DNA from: an uncultured Planctomycetota bacterium
GTDB taxonomy: Bacteria; Planctomycetota; PLA2; JAEUHO01
Assembly (NCBI GenBank): GCA_963752285.1
Contig: CAVVXN010000003.1
Location: 444,179-508,178, forward strand
Reading direction: 5' to 3'
Length of the DNA stretch: 64,000 nucleotides
A model generated the notes under the pieces. The model ran no database searches. It saw only the letters and a list, made by a program, of their open reading frames with translations, and had not been told where the DNA came from. Every line of letters begins with the position of its first letter. The stretch's first letter is position 1. This document shows positions 8,139-17,746 of the stretch, piece by piece. The position numbers and the translations under genes were made by a program.

Positions 8139-9907
8139 CTACTCGTAGTCCTCGTCGAGCGCGCGGAGGAACGCTGCGAGCGGCGCGACGTCGTCCTCGA
8201 CGAGCGCCATGCCGCGAAGCTCGGGCGCGCCGTTTCGGACGAGGTCGGCGCGCGCCAGCGCCGAGAAGCGGATGTAGTGGTGGAGGACGTCCTCCAGCGT
8301 GTCCGGGCGCCCCGAGTGGAAGTACGGGTCGCCGTGCCCGGTGTCGCGGAGAGCCGGCGTCTTGAACCACGCGAGCGTCCGCGGGAGCAGGTCCGCGTCG
8401 GGCGTCGAGCCGGGAAGGTCGAGCTCGCGGAGGAGGAGGGCGCGAATCGCGTTCTGCGGCCGCGGGATCTCCGGGTTCGCGAAGACGTTCCAGAGGCCGA
8501 GGTCGGCCCGCCCGGGATCCGCCGCCGCGGGCGCCCGGCGGAAGGGACCGGCGGCGTCCGGGTGGAGCGGGCTCGGGGGGAGGAACGCGGCCGGGTCGCC
8601 GTTTCGCGCCCCGAGGTCGGGGACGGGCAGCGCGAGGAACGCGCCGTCGCCGTGGACCGCGTCGTACTCGGCTTGCGACACGCCCACGTCGTGGAAGAGG
8701 AAGTCGGTGAAGTCGGGCGGTGCGTGACATCGCACGCACGACCCGACGCCGCCCGCTGCGATCGTTTCGGGCGGGAGCGGTGAGGACGGCGGCTCGGAGA
8801 GGAAGATCGCGAGCCCGCGGCGTTCGAGGGTGCCGAAACGGAACGCGTGGGCGTGGTGCTCGAAGTGCCCGTCCTCGGCGGTGACGTCGCTCGGGCTCGC
8901 GAGGCTGGCGAGGGCCGAGCGGAGGCGCCGCGCGTAGTCGAGGTCCGTCTCCCCGGACGCCGGCGCGGCGGGCAGGCCGTTCTTCCGGAGGAACACGTCG
9001 TAGGGCGAGCCGTCGAAGCGGCCCGTCACCGGGTCCTGGAGGAACACCAGCTCGCGCACGTACTGGGCGACGACGCGCGCGACCGCGTCCAGAACCTCCT
9101 CGTCGCTCGCCGTCCGGACGTCGATCCGATACGACGGCCCGATCAGGAGCTCGGACGGCAGGAGGTCGCCCCGGGCCCCGAAGAACGTCGCGTAGGACCG
9201 TCCCCCGTGGTCCTCGGCGTTCGCGTCCGTCCCGTCGTCCTCCCGGACCACGCGGGCTACGTTCGCCACGGCGAGGCCTCGCTCCGAGGGAAGCCACCCG
9301 TAGTTCCTGCCCGTCAGCGTGCCCCGGACGAGGTCCTCGAGCGTCGCGAACTCGCCGTCGAAGTGGAAGAGCGTCGGGACCTCGCGCGGGAGCGAGGCGC
9401 CGACGAGCGGGGGGCGTTCCGGGGCGTCACGGTGGCGCCGTCCTCGCGCGCGGGAATCGGGCTCCGGCGCGCGAAGTCGGCGTACGTGCGGATCCCGCCT
9501 CCGGCCACGCCGACCTGCTCGTCCACCAGGTGGCACGCAGCGCAGTTCATCGAGAGGCCGGCGTAGGGTCCGGGGAGCGGCGCCCCGTCGGCCTTCGCGG
9601 ACACCTGGACGACCGGATCGGCGACGGCGAGGGGCTCGTTGACGGACCGGCCGATCGTGCGGCTGGCGAAGAACTCCGCGAAGCGCGTCTCGCGGAACAG
9701 GCGCTCGCCGAGGACGGACTCGGCCGAGTCGGGCACCTCGCGGGCGGCGGACCCGCACCCCGCGAGGAGCACGGCGATCAGGAGCGCGCCGGGACGGGAG
9801 AGCGCGGGGCGCCCCGGCGCCGGGCGCCTCTGTGGGTCCCGCCCGCTCGGGCTCCACGTCGTCGGGCCCCGCCCGCCACGACGGTCCCGGCGCGGACCCG
9901 GCCTCAT
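8139..9907 (-). CDS. Diheme cytochrome c peroxidase/MauG-superfamily lipoprotein, split by a 1-nt frameshift at 9409-9414
   Basis: N part: lipobox LLAGC, LGERLF.ETRF, CAACH, RNAP. C part in another frame: FDGEF.TLED, CVRCH, FKTPALRD...PYFHSG...TLEDVL.HY. ATG overlaps the upstream stop (ATGA). One extra C in the C6 run restores RNAPPLVG. Confidence 0.85.
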
Positions 9908-10266
9908 CGGGCGTTCGCCTGGAGCCAGCGGAGCACGCGCTCGCGCTCGGCGCCGTAGAGGCCAGCGCGCGGCGCGTAGCGCGCGACGTAGATCGGCCAC
10001 TGTGCGGCCGAGAGGTGCGTCGGCGAGAACGGCTCGTGACACCGCGAGCAGCGCTGGAGGTAGATCGCACGCGCCTCGGGATCGTCGGCGGCCGCGGGCG
10101 CGCGCGACGAGGTGACGGCGGGCTCTGCGGCCGCCGGCGCGGCCGCCGCGTCGGCGCGCTCAGCGGCGTTGAGGCCGGGGTCGGCGGGCACGGACCACGC
10201 GCACGCCGCGAGGGCCAGGACGAGGAGGGCGAGGAGCGGGGGGGCCGGACTCGGACGGGCGCGCAT
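9904..10266 (-). CDS. Small monoheme cytochrome c, probable lipoprotein
   Basis: GGAG RBS; leader ending LALAAC; IYLQRCSRCHEP...QWP. Confidence 0.85.
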   Translation of the reverse strand: MRARPSPAPPLLALLVLALAACAWSVPADPGLNAAERADAAAAPAAAEPAVTSSRAPAAADDPEARAIYLQRCSRCHEPFSPTHLSAAQWPIYVARYAPRAGLYGAERERVLRWLQANAR

Positions 10267-10280
10267 GTCGCTCCTCCCGC

Positions 10281-11651
10281 TCAGAAGAAGGTCGAGAAGG
10301 ACGCCGTGATCTCGGTCACGACGTCGCCGTGGGCGGGCACGTACCAGGTGTGGTCCAGGCGGAACACCGTTCGCTCGGTCAGGCGGTAGTCGAGCGCGAC
10401 CGACCAGGCGTCGAGGTCGTCGTGGAAGGTGGCGCCGCGTACGCGGTCGTCGAGGTCCATGTGCTGGTAGCGCGCGGCGAGCGTGAAGAGCGAGGTGTCG
10501 CGGACGAGCGGTGAGCGACAAGGCCGCAGCGCCGAGGGCATGAAGTGGTACGCGCCCTCGACGTCGATCGCCCACGGGCCCCGGATCGCGTCGGGCGGGT
10601 CCGAGGCGCTTCGGTCGTAGTGGTAGCCCACGTACTCCGCGCGCGCCTCGAACGGCCCGCGCCGGACCAACACGTCGGCGCCCCAGCCGTAGAGGTCGTT
10701 CGCGTCCTTCGCGTCGTAGCGGGCCCACGTGCCCGAGAGGCCCGTCTCGAGGGCGTCGAGCCCGCAAAGGCGCCAGCGCGCGGCGGCGTGACCCCAGACC
10801 TGCTTCCCCCGGTTCTCGTCGCCGCTCCAGCGCTGCCGGGCGTCGCGTACGCCCTCGTCGGCGTCGAAGTCGTCGCGGTAGCCGCTCGTGACCGCGACCT
10901 CGTAGGTCAGCGAGTGCCCGCGGCCGAACGGCGTGCTCCCCTCGAATCCCGCGCCCGGCTGCGCGAACCCGGTCGGGACGAGGTACGTCGCGATGAACGG
11001 GCGATTCGTGAAGTCGTTCCAGGGGTCCTCGTGGTAGAGGTTCCAGCGCGTGAACGGGACGAGGATCGCGCCGAGCTTCGGGTGGAAGCGGTCGCAAAGG
11101 TGGAAGGTCAGCTCGGCCTGCTCGAGTGCGATCTCGCCGTCGAGCTCGTCGGTGACGCCGCCGTTCTCGATCTCCACCTCCGCGCGGAGATCGACGCCGG
11201 GGCCGATCGCCGCGTCCGCGGCGAGGACGAGCCGGCCGAGCGCGAAGTAGGAGTTCTCGTCGGAGCGCGCGACGAGTCCGGTCGTGAGGTACCCGCCCCA
11301 GCGAACGCCGGCCGGGCCCGCGCGCTCGAGCGGCGGCCGGCGTGTGGCGCCGGCCGGTGTCCCGCCCGGGAGGGGGGCGCGGGCGAGCGGGGGCGGATCG
11401 GTCCTCCGGGACGCCGGGCGGGGCGCCTCGGCCCGGGTGGGGACCGGTGGGGGGCTCGTGGCGAGCGCCTGGCGGAGTCGGGCGGTCTCGGCCCGGAGGC
11501 GTTCGATCTCGCGGGTCGGCCGCGCGAGGTCGGCCTCCCGTCGGTCGAGCCGTTCCGCCGGGTCCTCGTCGGCGCGCACGGCCGGGGTGGCGAGGCCCGA
11601 GAGCAGGAGGGCCCCGACCAGGGCGAAGGAGAGCGGGCGGGTGCAGGGCAA
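10281..11651 (-). CDS. Outer-membrane beta-barrel porin-like protein with N-terminal coiled coil
   Basis: Signal peptide VRA|D, coiled coil, amphipathic beta strands (EVEIE..GEIALEQAEL, LVPF..WN.YHE), C-terminal Phe (FSTFF); TTG start with GGAGG RBS. Confidence 0.8.
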   Translation of the reverse strand: MPCTRPLSFALVGALLLSGLATPAVRADEDPAERLDRREADLARPTREIERLRAETARLRQALATSPPPVPTRAEAPRPASRRTDPPPLARAPLPGGTPAGATRRPPLERAGPAGVRWGGYLTTGLVARSDENSYFALGRLVLAADAAIGPGVDLRAEVEIENGGVTDELDGEIALEQAELTFHLCDRFHPKLGAILVPFTRWNLYHEDPWNDFTNRPFIATYLVPTGFAQPGAGFEGSTPFGRGHSLTYEVAVTSGYRDDFDADEGVRDARQRWSGDENRGKQVWGHAAARWRLCGLDALETGLSGTWARYDAKDANDLYGWGADVLVRRGPFEARAEYVGYHYDRSASDPPDAIRGPWAIDVEGAYHFMPSALRPCRSPLVRDTSLFTLAARYQHMDLDDRVRGATFHDDLDAWSVALDYRLTERTVFRLDHTWYVPAHGDVVTEITASFSTFF

Positions 11652-11680
11652 CCGGGTTCCTCCGGGGGCGTGGGGGCCGT

Positions 11681-11711
11681 CTTGATAATGAGAATGATTC
11701 TCAAGATCAAG
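11681..11711. promoter_or_regulatory. Fur-box-like palindrome upstream of the porin-cytochrome operon
   Basis: CTTGATAATGAGAATGATTCTCAAGATCAAG: perfect 7-1-7 TGAGAAT-G-ATTCTCA inside outer CTTGAT/ATCAAG arms; close to the GATAATGATAATCATTATC Fur consensus. Confidence 0.8.
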
Positions 11712-11916
11712 ATGGGCGCGGCACGGGCCCGGGCCCTTGGGCCTTCACTCCGCGCCGCGTCCCCGGACCGCACGACCTCGGCGGCTCGGGGAACGTCACG
11801 CGCCGCTGCGGGCCGAACCGGGCCCCGCCGGGCCGCAACCGGGCCGCGCCGGCGCCGTCCCGGGGGTCGGCGGTCCGGGCGCGTCGTGGGGCGGGGGCCA
11901 CGTACAACGAGCCGCG

Positions 11917-14658
11917 ATGCCGCCGCCCCCGCGACCGGACGCGCCCCACCTCGCCCTCGGCCTCACGCCGCACGGACACCTTCGGCTGCTGGACGATCCG
12001 GACGCGCCCGCCGTCCTGGCGCCGCGGGCCGAGGCGATCGTCGCGGCGTTTTCCGAGGGCGCGGGGCACGGGCTGCTCCATCTGGGCGCCGCCGAGGTCG
12101 GAACGGCCCTCTCCCCTTCGCTCGCGTTCGGGCGCGAGCTCGGGCGGGTCTTCCTGACGGCCGTCCGGACGCTTCCGGACGCGGAGGCGCGCGTCGCGAG
12201 GGGCGAGGTCCCCGCGTCGGAGGCCGGGGCGCTCGAGCAGCTCGTCGCCGCGCTCCCTCCGATGCGGGGGGCCGAGTACGCGACGGCCCGCGTGCTCGCG
12301 GACCTGTGGCAGGAGACCGGCGCGGCGCTCCGGGCCGAGCTCGCGGAGGGCGGGGACACGCTCGAGACCTGGTTTCGCCGGCACCACCCCGCGTGGAACC
12401 TGGTCGGCCGCGTGCACTTCCACCTCGCGGAGAACCGCCGGGACGAGGAGGCGCCCTTCGCCTTCCTCGCCACCTACACGACGCGTCTCTCCGCCCACGG
12501 GAAGACCCAGCACGTGCCCCTCCGGCAGGCGCTCGAGGAGTACGCGGGCGCGCGCAACAAGGACCGCCTCCTCTCGCTGCTCGAACCCGTGCGGCGCGCG
12601 GCCGCCTCCTCTTCGTGGCTCGCGGAGATGGTCGAGCGCGGCGACGTGTTCCATCCGCTCCGGTGGACGCCCCAGGACGCGTTTCGCCTGCTCCGGGACG
12701 CGGCGGCGCTCGAGGAGGCCGGGGTCGTGCTGCGTCTCCCGGCGGGCTGGACGGCCGGTCGCCCCCCGCGCGCCCGCGTCGTGGCCCGGGTCGGGGGGCG
12801 GGAGCCGTCGAGCGTCGGGGTCGGAAGTCTCTTGGACTTCGACGTCGGCCTGACGCTCGACGGCGAGCGGCTCGGCGCGGACGAGGTCCGCTCGCTCCTC
12901 GAGGCCTCGCAAGGCCTCGTGCTCTTGAGGGGGAAGTGGGTCGAGGTGGACCCCGCGCGCCTCGCCGACATGCTGGCGCGCTACCGCGAGATCGAGGAGC
13001 GGGCCGCGGCGGGCGGCGTCACGTTCGCCGAGGCGGCGCGCCTGCTCTCCGGCGTGGGGTCGGACGCCGAGGGCGGGCTCGGCGACGGCGACGACGACGG
13101 CGGCGACCGCGCCTGGTCCTGCGTCGAGCCGGGTCCCTGGCTCGCCGACGTGCTCGACCGGCTCCGCCACCCCGAGGAGATCGCGCGCCTGCGGGCGCCG
13201 GGCGGTCTCGACGCGACGCTCAGGCCCTACCAGCGGGTAGGGGTGGGCTGGCTTCGTCTGCTCTCCGAGCTGGGCCTCGGCGCGTGTCTCGCCGACGACA
13301 TGGGGCTCGGCAAGACGCTCCAGGTGCTCGCCCTCCTCCTCCTCGCGCGCACGGGGAAGGGCGCTTCGCGGCAGCCGAGCCTGATCGTGGCGCCCGCCTC
13401 GCTGATCGCGAACTGGGCCGCGGAGTCGGCACGCTTCACGCCGTCGCTCGAGGTCTTCGTCGCCCATCCCTCGGTGCACCCGTCGGCGGAGCTCCGGGCG
13501 CTCGATCCGCGCCGGCTCGGTCGCGTGGACCTCGTCCTCACGAGCTACGCGTCGCTCCTCCGCCTCCCCTGGGTCGAGCAGGTGGAGTGGCGTTACGTGG
13601 TGCTCGACGAGGCGCAGGCGATCAAGAACCCGGGCGCCCGACAGACCCGCGCCGCCAAGCGCCTCCGCGGCCGCGCGCGGGTCGCGCTCACGGGCACCCC
13701 GATCGAGAACCGGCTGAGCGACCTCTGGTCCCTCTTCGACTTCCTCAACCCGGGCCTCCTCGGGTCCGCCCGGGCCTTCCAGCGTTGGCTGAGGGATCTC
13801 TCCCGAGGCGAGCGCGCGTCCTACGCGCCGCTCCGCGCACTCGTCCGGCCCTACGTCCTCCGGCGCCTCAAGACCGACCCCGCCGTCGTCTCGGACCTTC
13901 CCGCCAAGTCCGAGGTGGCGGCCTACTGCCACCTGAGCCGCAAGCAGGCCGCGCTCTATCAGCAGGCCGTGGACGACCTGACGGAGCGCCTCGGGGCCGC
14001 CGAGGGCATGGCGCGGCGCGGCCTGATCCTCGCCTTCATCACCCGGTTCAAGCAGATCTGCAACCATCCCTCCCAGTGGCTCGGCGACGACGGCTTCGAG
14101 GAGAGGGACAGCGGCAAGTTCGCGCGCCTCAAGGAGATCGCCGAGACGCTCGCCCCGCGGCAGGAGAAGGCGCTCGTCTTCACCCAGTACCGCGCGATGG
14201 TCGATCCGCTGGCCGGGTTCCTGGGCTCGGTGTTCGGCCGGGAGGGCCTCGTCCTCAGCGGATCGACGCCCGTCCGGGCCCGTCGCGGCCTCGTCGAGCG
14301 ATTCCAACAGGACGAGGACGTGCCCTTCTTCGTCGTCTCGCTCAAGGCGGGGGGCACCGGTTTGAACCTCACGGCCGCCTCCCACGTCGTGCACTTCGAT
14401 CGCTGGTGGAACCCCGCGGTGGAGGACCAGGCCACGGACCGCGCGTTCCGCATCGGACAGACCAAGAACGTGCTCGTCCACAAGTTCGTCTGCCGCGGTA
14501 CGGTGGAGGAGCGAATCGAAGAGCTGATCGACGCGAAGCGCGGGCTCGCGCGGGACCTGCTCGAGGGCGGCGCCGACCGCCTGCTCACGGAGATGTCGGA
14601 CGAGGAGCTGGTCGCGCTCGTTCGACTCGACCTGGACGCGGCGCGCGCGGAGGAGTGA
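11917..14658 (+). CDS. SNF2/SWI2-family helicase-like ATPase
   Basis: LRPYQ, LADDMGLGKT, LDEAQAIKN, LTGTPIENRL, LRRLK, SLKAGGTGLNLTAA, WWNPAVEDQATDRAFRIGQ. Confidence 0.95.
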   Translation: MPPPPRPDAPHLALGLTPHGHLRLLDDPDAPAVLAPRAEAIVAAFSEGAGHGLLHLGAAEVGTALSPSLAFGRELGRVFLTAVRTLPDAEARVARGEVPASEAGALEQLVAALPPMRGAEYATARVLADLWQETGAALRAELAEGGDTLETWFRRHHPAWNLVGRVHFHLAENRRDEEAPFAFLATYTTRLSAHGKTQHVPLRQALEEYAGARNKDRLLSLLEPVRRAAASSSWLAEMVERGDVFHPLRWTPQDAFRLLRDAAALEEAGVVLRLPAGWTAGRPPRARVVARVGGREPSSVGVGSLLDFDVGLTLDGERLGADEVRSLLEASQGLVLLRGKWVEVDPARLADMLARYREIEERAAAGGVTFAEAARLLSGVGSDAEGGLGDGDDDGGDRAWSCVEPGPWLADVLDRLRHPEEIARLRAPGGLDATLRPYQRVGVGWLRLLSELGLGACLADDMGLGKTLQVLALLLLARTGKGASRQPSLIVAPASLIANWAAESARFTPSLEVFVAHPSVHPSAELRALDPRRLGRVDLVLTSYASLLRLPWVEQVEWRYVVLDEAQAIKNPGARQTRAAKRLRGRARVALTGTPIENRLSDLWSLFDFLNPGLLGSARAFQRWLRDLSRGERASYAPLRALVRPYVLRRLKTDPAVVSDLPAKSEVAAYCHLSRKQAALYQQAVDDLTERLGAAEGMARRGLILAFITRFKQICNHPSQWLGDDGFEERDSGKFARLKEIAETLAPRQEKALVFTQYRAMVDPLAGFLGSVFGREGLVLSGSTPVRARRGLVERFQQDEDVPFFVVSLKAGGTGLNLTAASHVVHFDRWWNPAVEDQATDRAFRIGQTKNVLVHKFVCRGTVEERIEELIDAKRGLARDLLEGGADRLLTEMSDEELVALVRLDLDAARAEE

Positions 14659-14662
14659 GATC

Positions 14663-15715
14663 ATGTATCGAAGCGGCTACGGCGGCTGGCGACCCTACGT
14701 CTCGGTGTCGGAACGTCGCGCTCGCTCGAAGCGCCTGGAAGCCCGCCTGCGGAAGAAGGGCATCCGGCTCGCGCCGGTCGTCCCGGAGGGGCGCGAGATC
14801 GCCCGGAGCTTCTGGGGCCGCGCCTGGTGCGAGAACCTCGAGGGGTACGCGGACTACGCCAATCGACTCCCGCGCGGCCGGCGCTACGCCCGGAACGGCT
14901 CGGTCATCCACCTCGACGTCGCCGAGGGCTGCGTGAGCGCCCTCGTCAGCGGCTCGGACGTCTACGAGGTCGAGGTGAAGGTCCGGTCCACGGCGGCCAA
15001 GACGTGGTCGGCGCTCCGCAAGGAGTGCGTCGGTCGCATCGACTCCCTCGTGGACCTCCTCAGGGGGCGGCTCTCCGACGCCGTCATGGCGCGGATCTCG
15101 CGGCCGAAGGACGGTCTCTTCCCCGCGCCCCGCGAGATGCGGTTCACGTGCTCGTGTCCGGACTGGGCGGACATGTGCAAGCACGTCGCCGCGGTGCTCT
15201 ACGGGGTCGGGAACCGCCTCGACGCCGCGCCCGAGCTGCTCTTCCTCCTGCGGGGCGTCGATCACGGCGAGCTGATCGCCGGCGCGCTCGACGCCGGCGT
15301 GCCCGGCGGCGCGGGCCGCGCGCCCGCCAACGCCCTCGAGTCCGACGCGGCGCTGGACGCCCTCTTCGGGATCGAGATCGCACCGGAAGCCCCCCCGGGC
15401 AAGACGCGCCGTCGGGCGGCGGGGACGGCGCGGACGACGAGGGCCGCGAAGGGGGCGCGAAGACGCGCGCCCGCGGCCGAGAGCGCCGAGAAGACGAGGC
15501 CCAAGCCCGGGGCGCGCCGTGCGCCGAAGCAGGGGACGGCCTCCGCGCCGGAGGCGAAAGCGCGCCGGTCCCGGGAGGCCGAGGTCGGAGGCGCGAGGGC
15601 GAAGACCCGACCGGCGCGCGAGAAGACCACCCCGACGCGGAAGGGCAAGCGGGGCGCGGCGCGAAAGGCCACCACCACGAGGACCGACGCCGCCCGGCCG
15701 CGACGCAAGAAGTAG
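14663..15715 (+). CDS. SWIM zinc-finger protein with basic low-complexity C-terminal tail
   Basis: NRLPRGRRYARNG, CSCPDWADMCKHVAA; K/R/A/T-rich tail; starts 4 nt after the SNF2 stop. Confidence 0.92.
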   Translation: MYRSGYGGWRPYVSVSERRARSKRLEARLRKKGIRLAPVVPEGREIARSFWGRAWCENLEGYADYANRLPRGRRYARNGSVIHLDVAEGCVSALVSGSDVYEVEVKVRSTAAKTWSALRKECVGRIDSLVDLLRGRLSDAVMARISRPKDGLFPAPREMRFTCSCPDWADMCKHVAAVLYGVGNRLDAAPELLFLLRGVDHGELIAGALDAGVPGGAGRAPANALESDAALDALFGIEIAPEAPPGKTRRRAAGTARTTRAAKGARRRAPAAESAEKTRPKPGARRAPKQGTASAPEAKARRSREAEVGGARAKTRPAREKTTPTRKGKRGAARKATTTRTDAARPRRKK

Positions 15716-15848
15716 GCGGGAGCCGACGTGAGCGCCGGGGCGCCGTCGCTCGACTCGCGCCCGACGCGAGGGAGGTCCCCGCGACCGCCGGCCGTCTTCC
15801 GGTGATAGGAATGCCGCCTCGATCCAGGACCCCGGGAGGAGGGCGGCG

Positions 15849-17231
15849 GTGATGTCGGACGAGACCGTCGTTCGGGAGCCGTGGGAGGTCCTCCAGGATC
15901 TCGTGACGAAGGGCGACGCGACGGGGCTCGCCTCGTTCCTCCACGGCCTCGCCCCCGAAGAGACCGCGTACACGTTCGCGCAGCTCGACGACGAGGTGCG
16001 GACTCGGATGTTCGAGATCCTCTCGGACGGCGACCCCGACCTCGCGGCGGACCTCCTGGAGCACGTCGTAGACGACGAGGCCGCGCGGATGCTCGAGGAC
16101 CTCGAGCCCGGCGACGCGGCGGCGATCGTGGACGAGATGGACTCGGACGAGCAGGCCGACGTCCTGGTCCACCTCGATCCCGAGGACGCGGAGGCCATCC
16201 TCGACCTCATGGAGCCGGACGAGGCGGCCGACGCCTCGCGCCTGCTCCAGTACCCCCCGGACTCGGCCGGCGGGCTGATGATCACCGAGTACCTCGCTTT
16301 CTACGCCGACCAGCACGCCGCGGACGTCGTCGAGGACCTCCGCGCCCACGGCGACGCGTACCGGGGGTACGAGGTCCGCTACCTCTACGTCGTGGACCGC
16401 GCGGAGCGGCTCGTGGGCGTCGTGCCCCTGCGCCGGCTCGTGATGTCGGCGCGCGAACGGCTCCTCGACGAGGTGAAGAGCGAGCAGCCGCTCTGTGTCC
16501 GCGTCGAGGCGACCCTGAGCGAGCTGGAGGACCTCTTCGACCGCGTGGACCTCTCCGCGATCCCCGTCGTGGACCCCGCGGGCGTCCTCGTGGGCGTGAT
16601 CCAGCGCTCCGCCGTGCAGGAGGCGCTCCGGGAGACCGCCACGGCGGCCCTGCTCAAGTTCGGCGGGATCATCGGCGGCGAGGAGCTCCGCTCGATGCCG
16701 GTCTGGCAACGCCAGATGCGGCGGCTCGCGTTCCTGCTCCCGAACATCCTGCTCTCGTACCTGGCGGTGAGCATCATCGCGGCGTTCGAACCCTTGATCC
16801 ACCGGCTCACCGCGCTCGCGATCTTCATCCCGATGGTGGCGAACCTCTCGGGCGCGGCGGGAAACCAGTCGGTCGCGGTGAGCATCCGCGAGCTCTCGCT
16901 CGGGGTGGTGCGCGGCGACGACGTCCTGCGCGTGTGGCGGCGGGAGTGGGCGATCGGCCTCTTGAACGGACTGGTCATCGGCGCCATCCTCGCCGTCCTC
17001 GCCTACGTCACGCGACCCGACACCCCGGTGCTCGCGGTGGCCGTCGGCGGCGCCTACGCGCTCAACAGCGTCTTCGCGGTGGTGCTCGGCAGCGCCCTTC
17101 CCCTTCTGCTCACGCGGCTCTCGGTGGACCCCGCGATGCTCTCGAACCCCATCCTCTCGACGCTCACCGACATGGGCGCGTTCTCGCTGACGCTGGTGAT
17201 GGCCGCCGCGTACCTGCACGCGGCGGCGTGA
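15849..17231 (+). CDS. mgtE: Magnesium transporter MgtE
   Basis: Acidic N domain, YPPDSAGGLM, CBS pair, FIPM...GAAGNQS, DPA..S.P..STLTD. Confidence 0.95.
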   Translation: MMSDETVVREPWEVLQDLVTKGDATGLASFLHGLAPEETAYTFAQLDDEVRTRMFEILSDGDPDLAADLLEHVVDDEAARMLEDLEPGDAAAIVDEMDSDEQADVLVHLDPEDAEAILDLMEPDEAADASRLLQYPPDSAGGLMITEYLAFYADQHAADVVEDLRAHGDAYRGYEVRYLYVVDRAERLVGVVPLRRLVMSARERLLDEVKSEQPLCVRVEATLSELEDLFDRVDLSAIPVVDPAGVLVGVIQRSAVQEALRETATAALLKFGGIIGGEELRSMPVWQRQMRRLAFLLPNILLSYLAVSIIAAFEPLIHRLTALAIFIPMVANLSGAAGNQSVAVSIRELSLGVVRGDDVLRVWRREWAIGLLNGLVIGAILAVLAYVTRPDTPVLAVAVGGAYALNSVFAVVLGSALPLLLTRLSVDPAMLSNPILSTLTDMGAFSLTLVMAAAYLHAAA

Positions 17232-17258
17232 CCGCGCCGCCCGCCGGCGGGGCGGGGG

Positions 17259-17612
17259 TCAGCTCTCGACCCAGTGGCGCGCCGCGTCGGCGTGGTCCGG
17301 GTCGAAGTAGCGCACCTCCCCGCGGAAGAGCGACCCGGCGAGCCGGGTCGCGAGCCGCTCCCAGCACTTGGCGCCGAGGACCGCGCAGCGCGCGAAGTCG
17401 TCACGGTGCTTCACGTCGAACTTCGCCTCCTCGATCCAGGCCTGGGGCTCGAGACCCTCGAGGCCTTGCACGTCGAGCAGCGCGCGGAGCGGGCCGTGCT
17501 CCGAGATCTGTCGTTCGATGGAGGGGAGGACACGGTCGTAGTCCTCCGCCCGGAGCCTCCCCTCCGCTACGAGGGTGAGATTCGATCCGTCCTGTCGTTC
17601 GATCCGCAGCAT
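17259..17612 (-). CDS. STAS/SEC14 (SpoIIAA-like) domain protein
   Basis: GRL..EDY...LP.IE...HGPLR.LLD...AW.E..FD.KH..DF.R.AVLG...W...EVRYF...A..WV. Confidence 0.85.
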   Translation of the reverse strand: MLRIERQDGSNLTLVAEGRLRAEDYDRVLPSIERQISEHGPLRALLDVQGLEGLEPQAWIEEAKFDVKHRDDFARCAVLGAKCWERLATRLAGSLFRGEVRYFDPDHADAARHWVES

Positions 17613-17746
17613 GACCAGCTCCAGGAAGAGCCCCGCCCGCCGATCCTACGCCTCGCGGGACGCCTCCTCGCGGGGGCAGGACCCCCTGCAAGGCGCGCCC
17701 CGCGTATCCTCGGGACCCGCGTCGCGGGATCGGAGCCCCGGTTTTC

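Noticed and set aside
9409..9414. Programmed frameshift or phase variation in the peroxidase-like gene
   Set aside because: The run is only 6 nt, and similar indels occur in unrelated genes, so sequencing error is more parsimonious.
11917..15715. SNF2 helicase as part of DISARM/Zorya-type defence
   Set aside because: No methylase, nuclease, DUF1998 or MotA/B partners; the context is the ordinary SNF2-SWIM pair.
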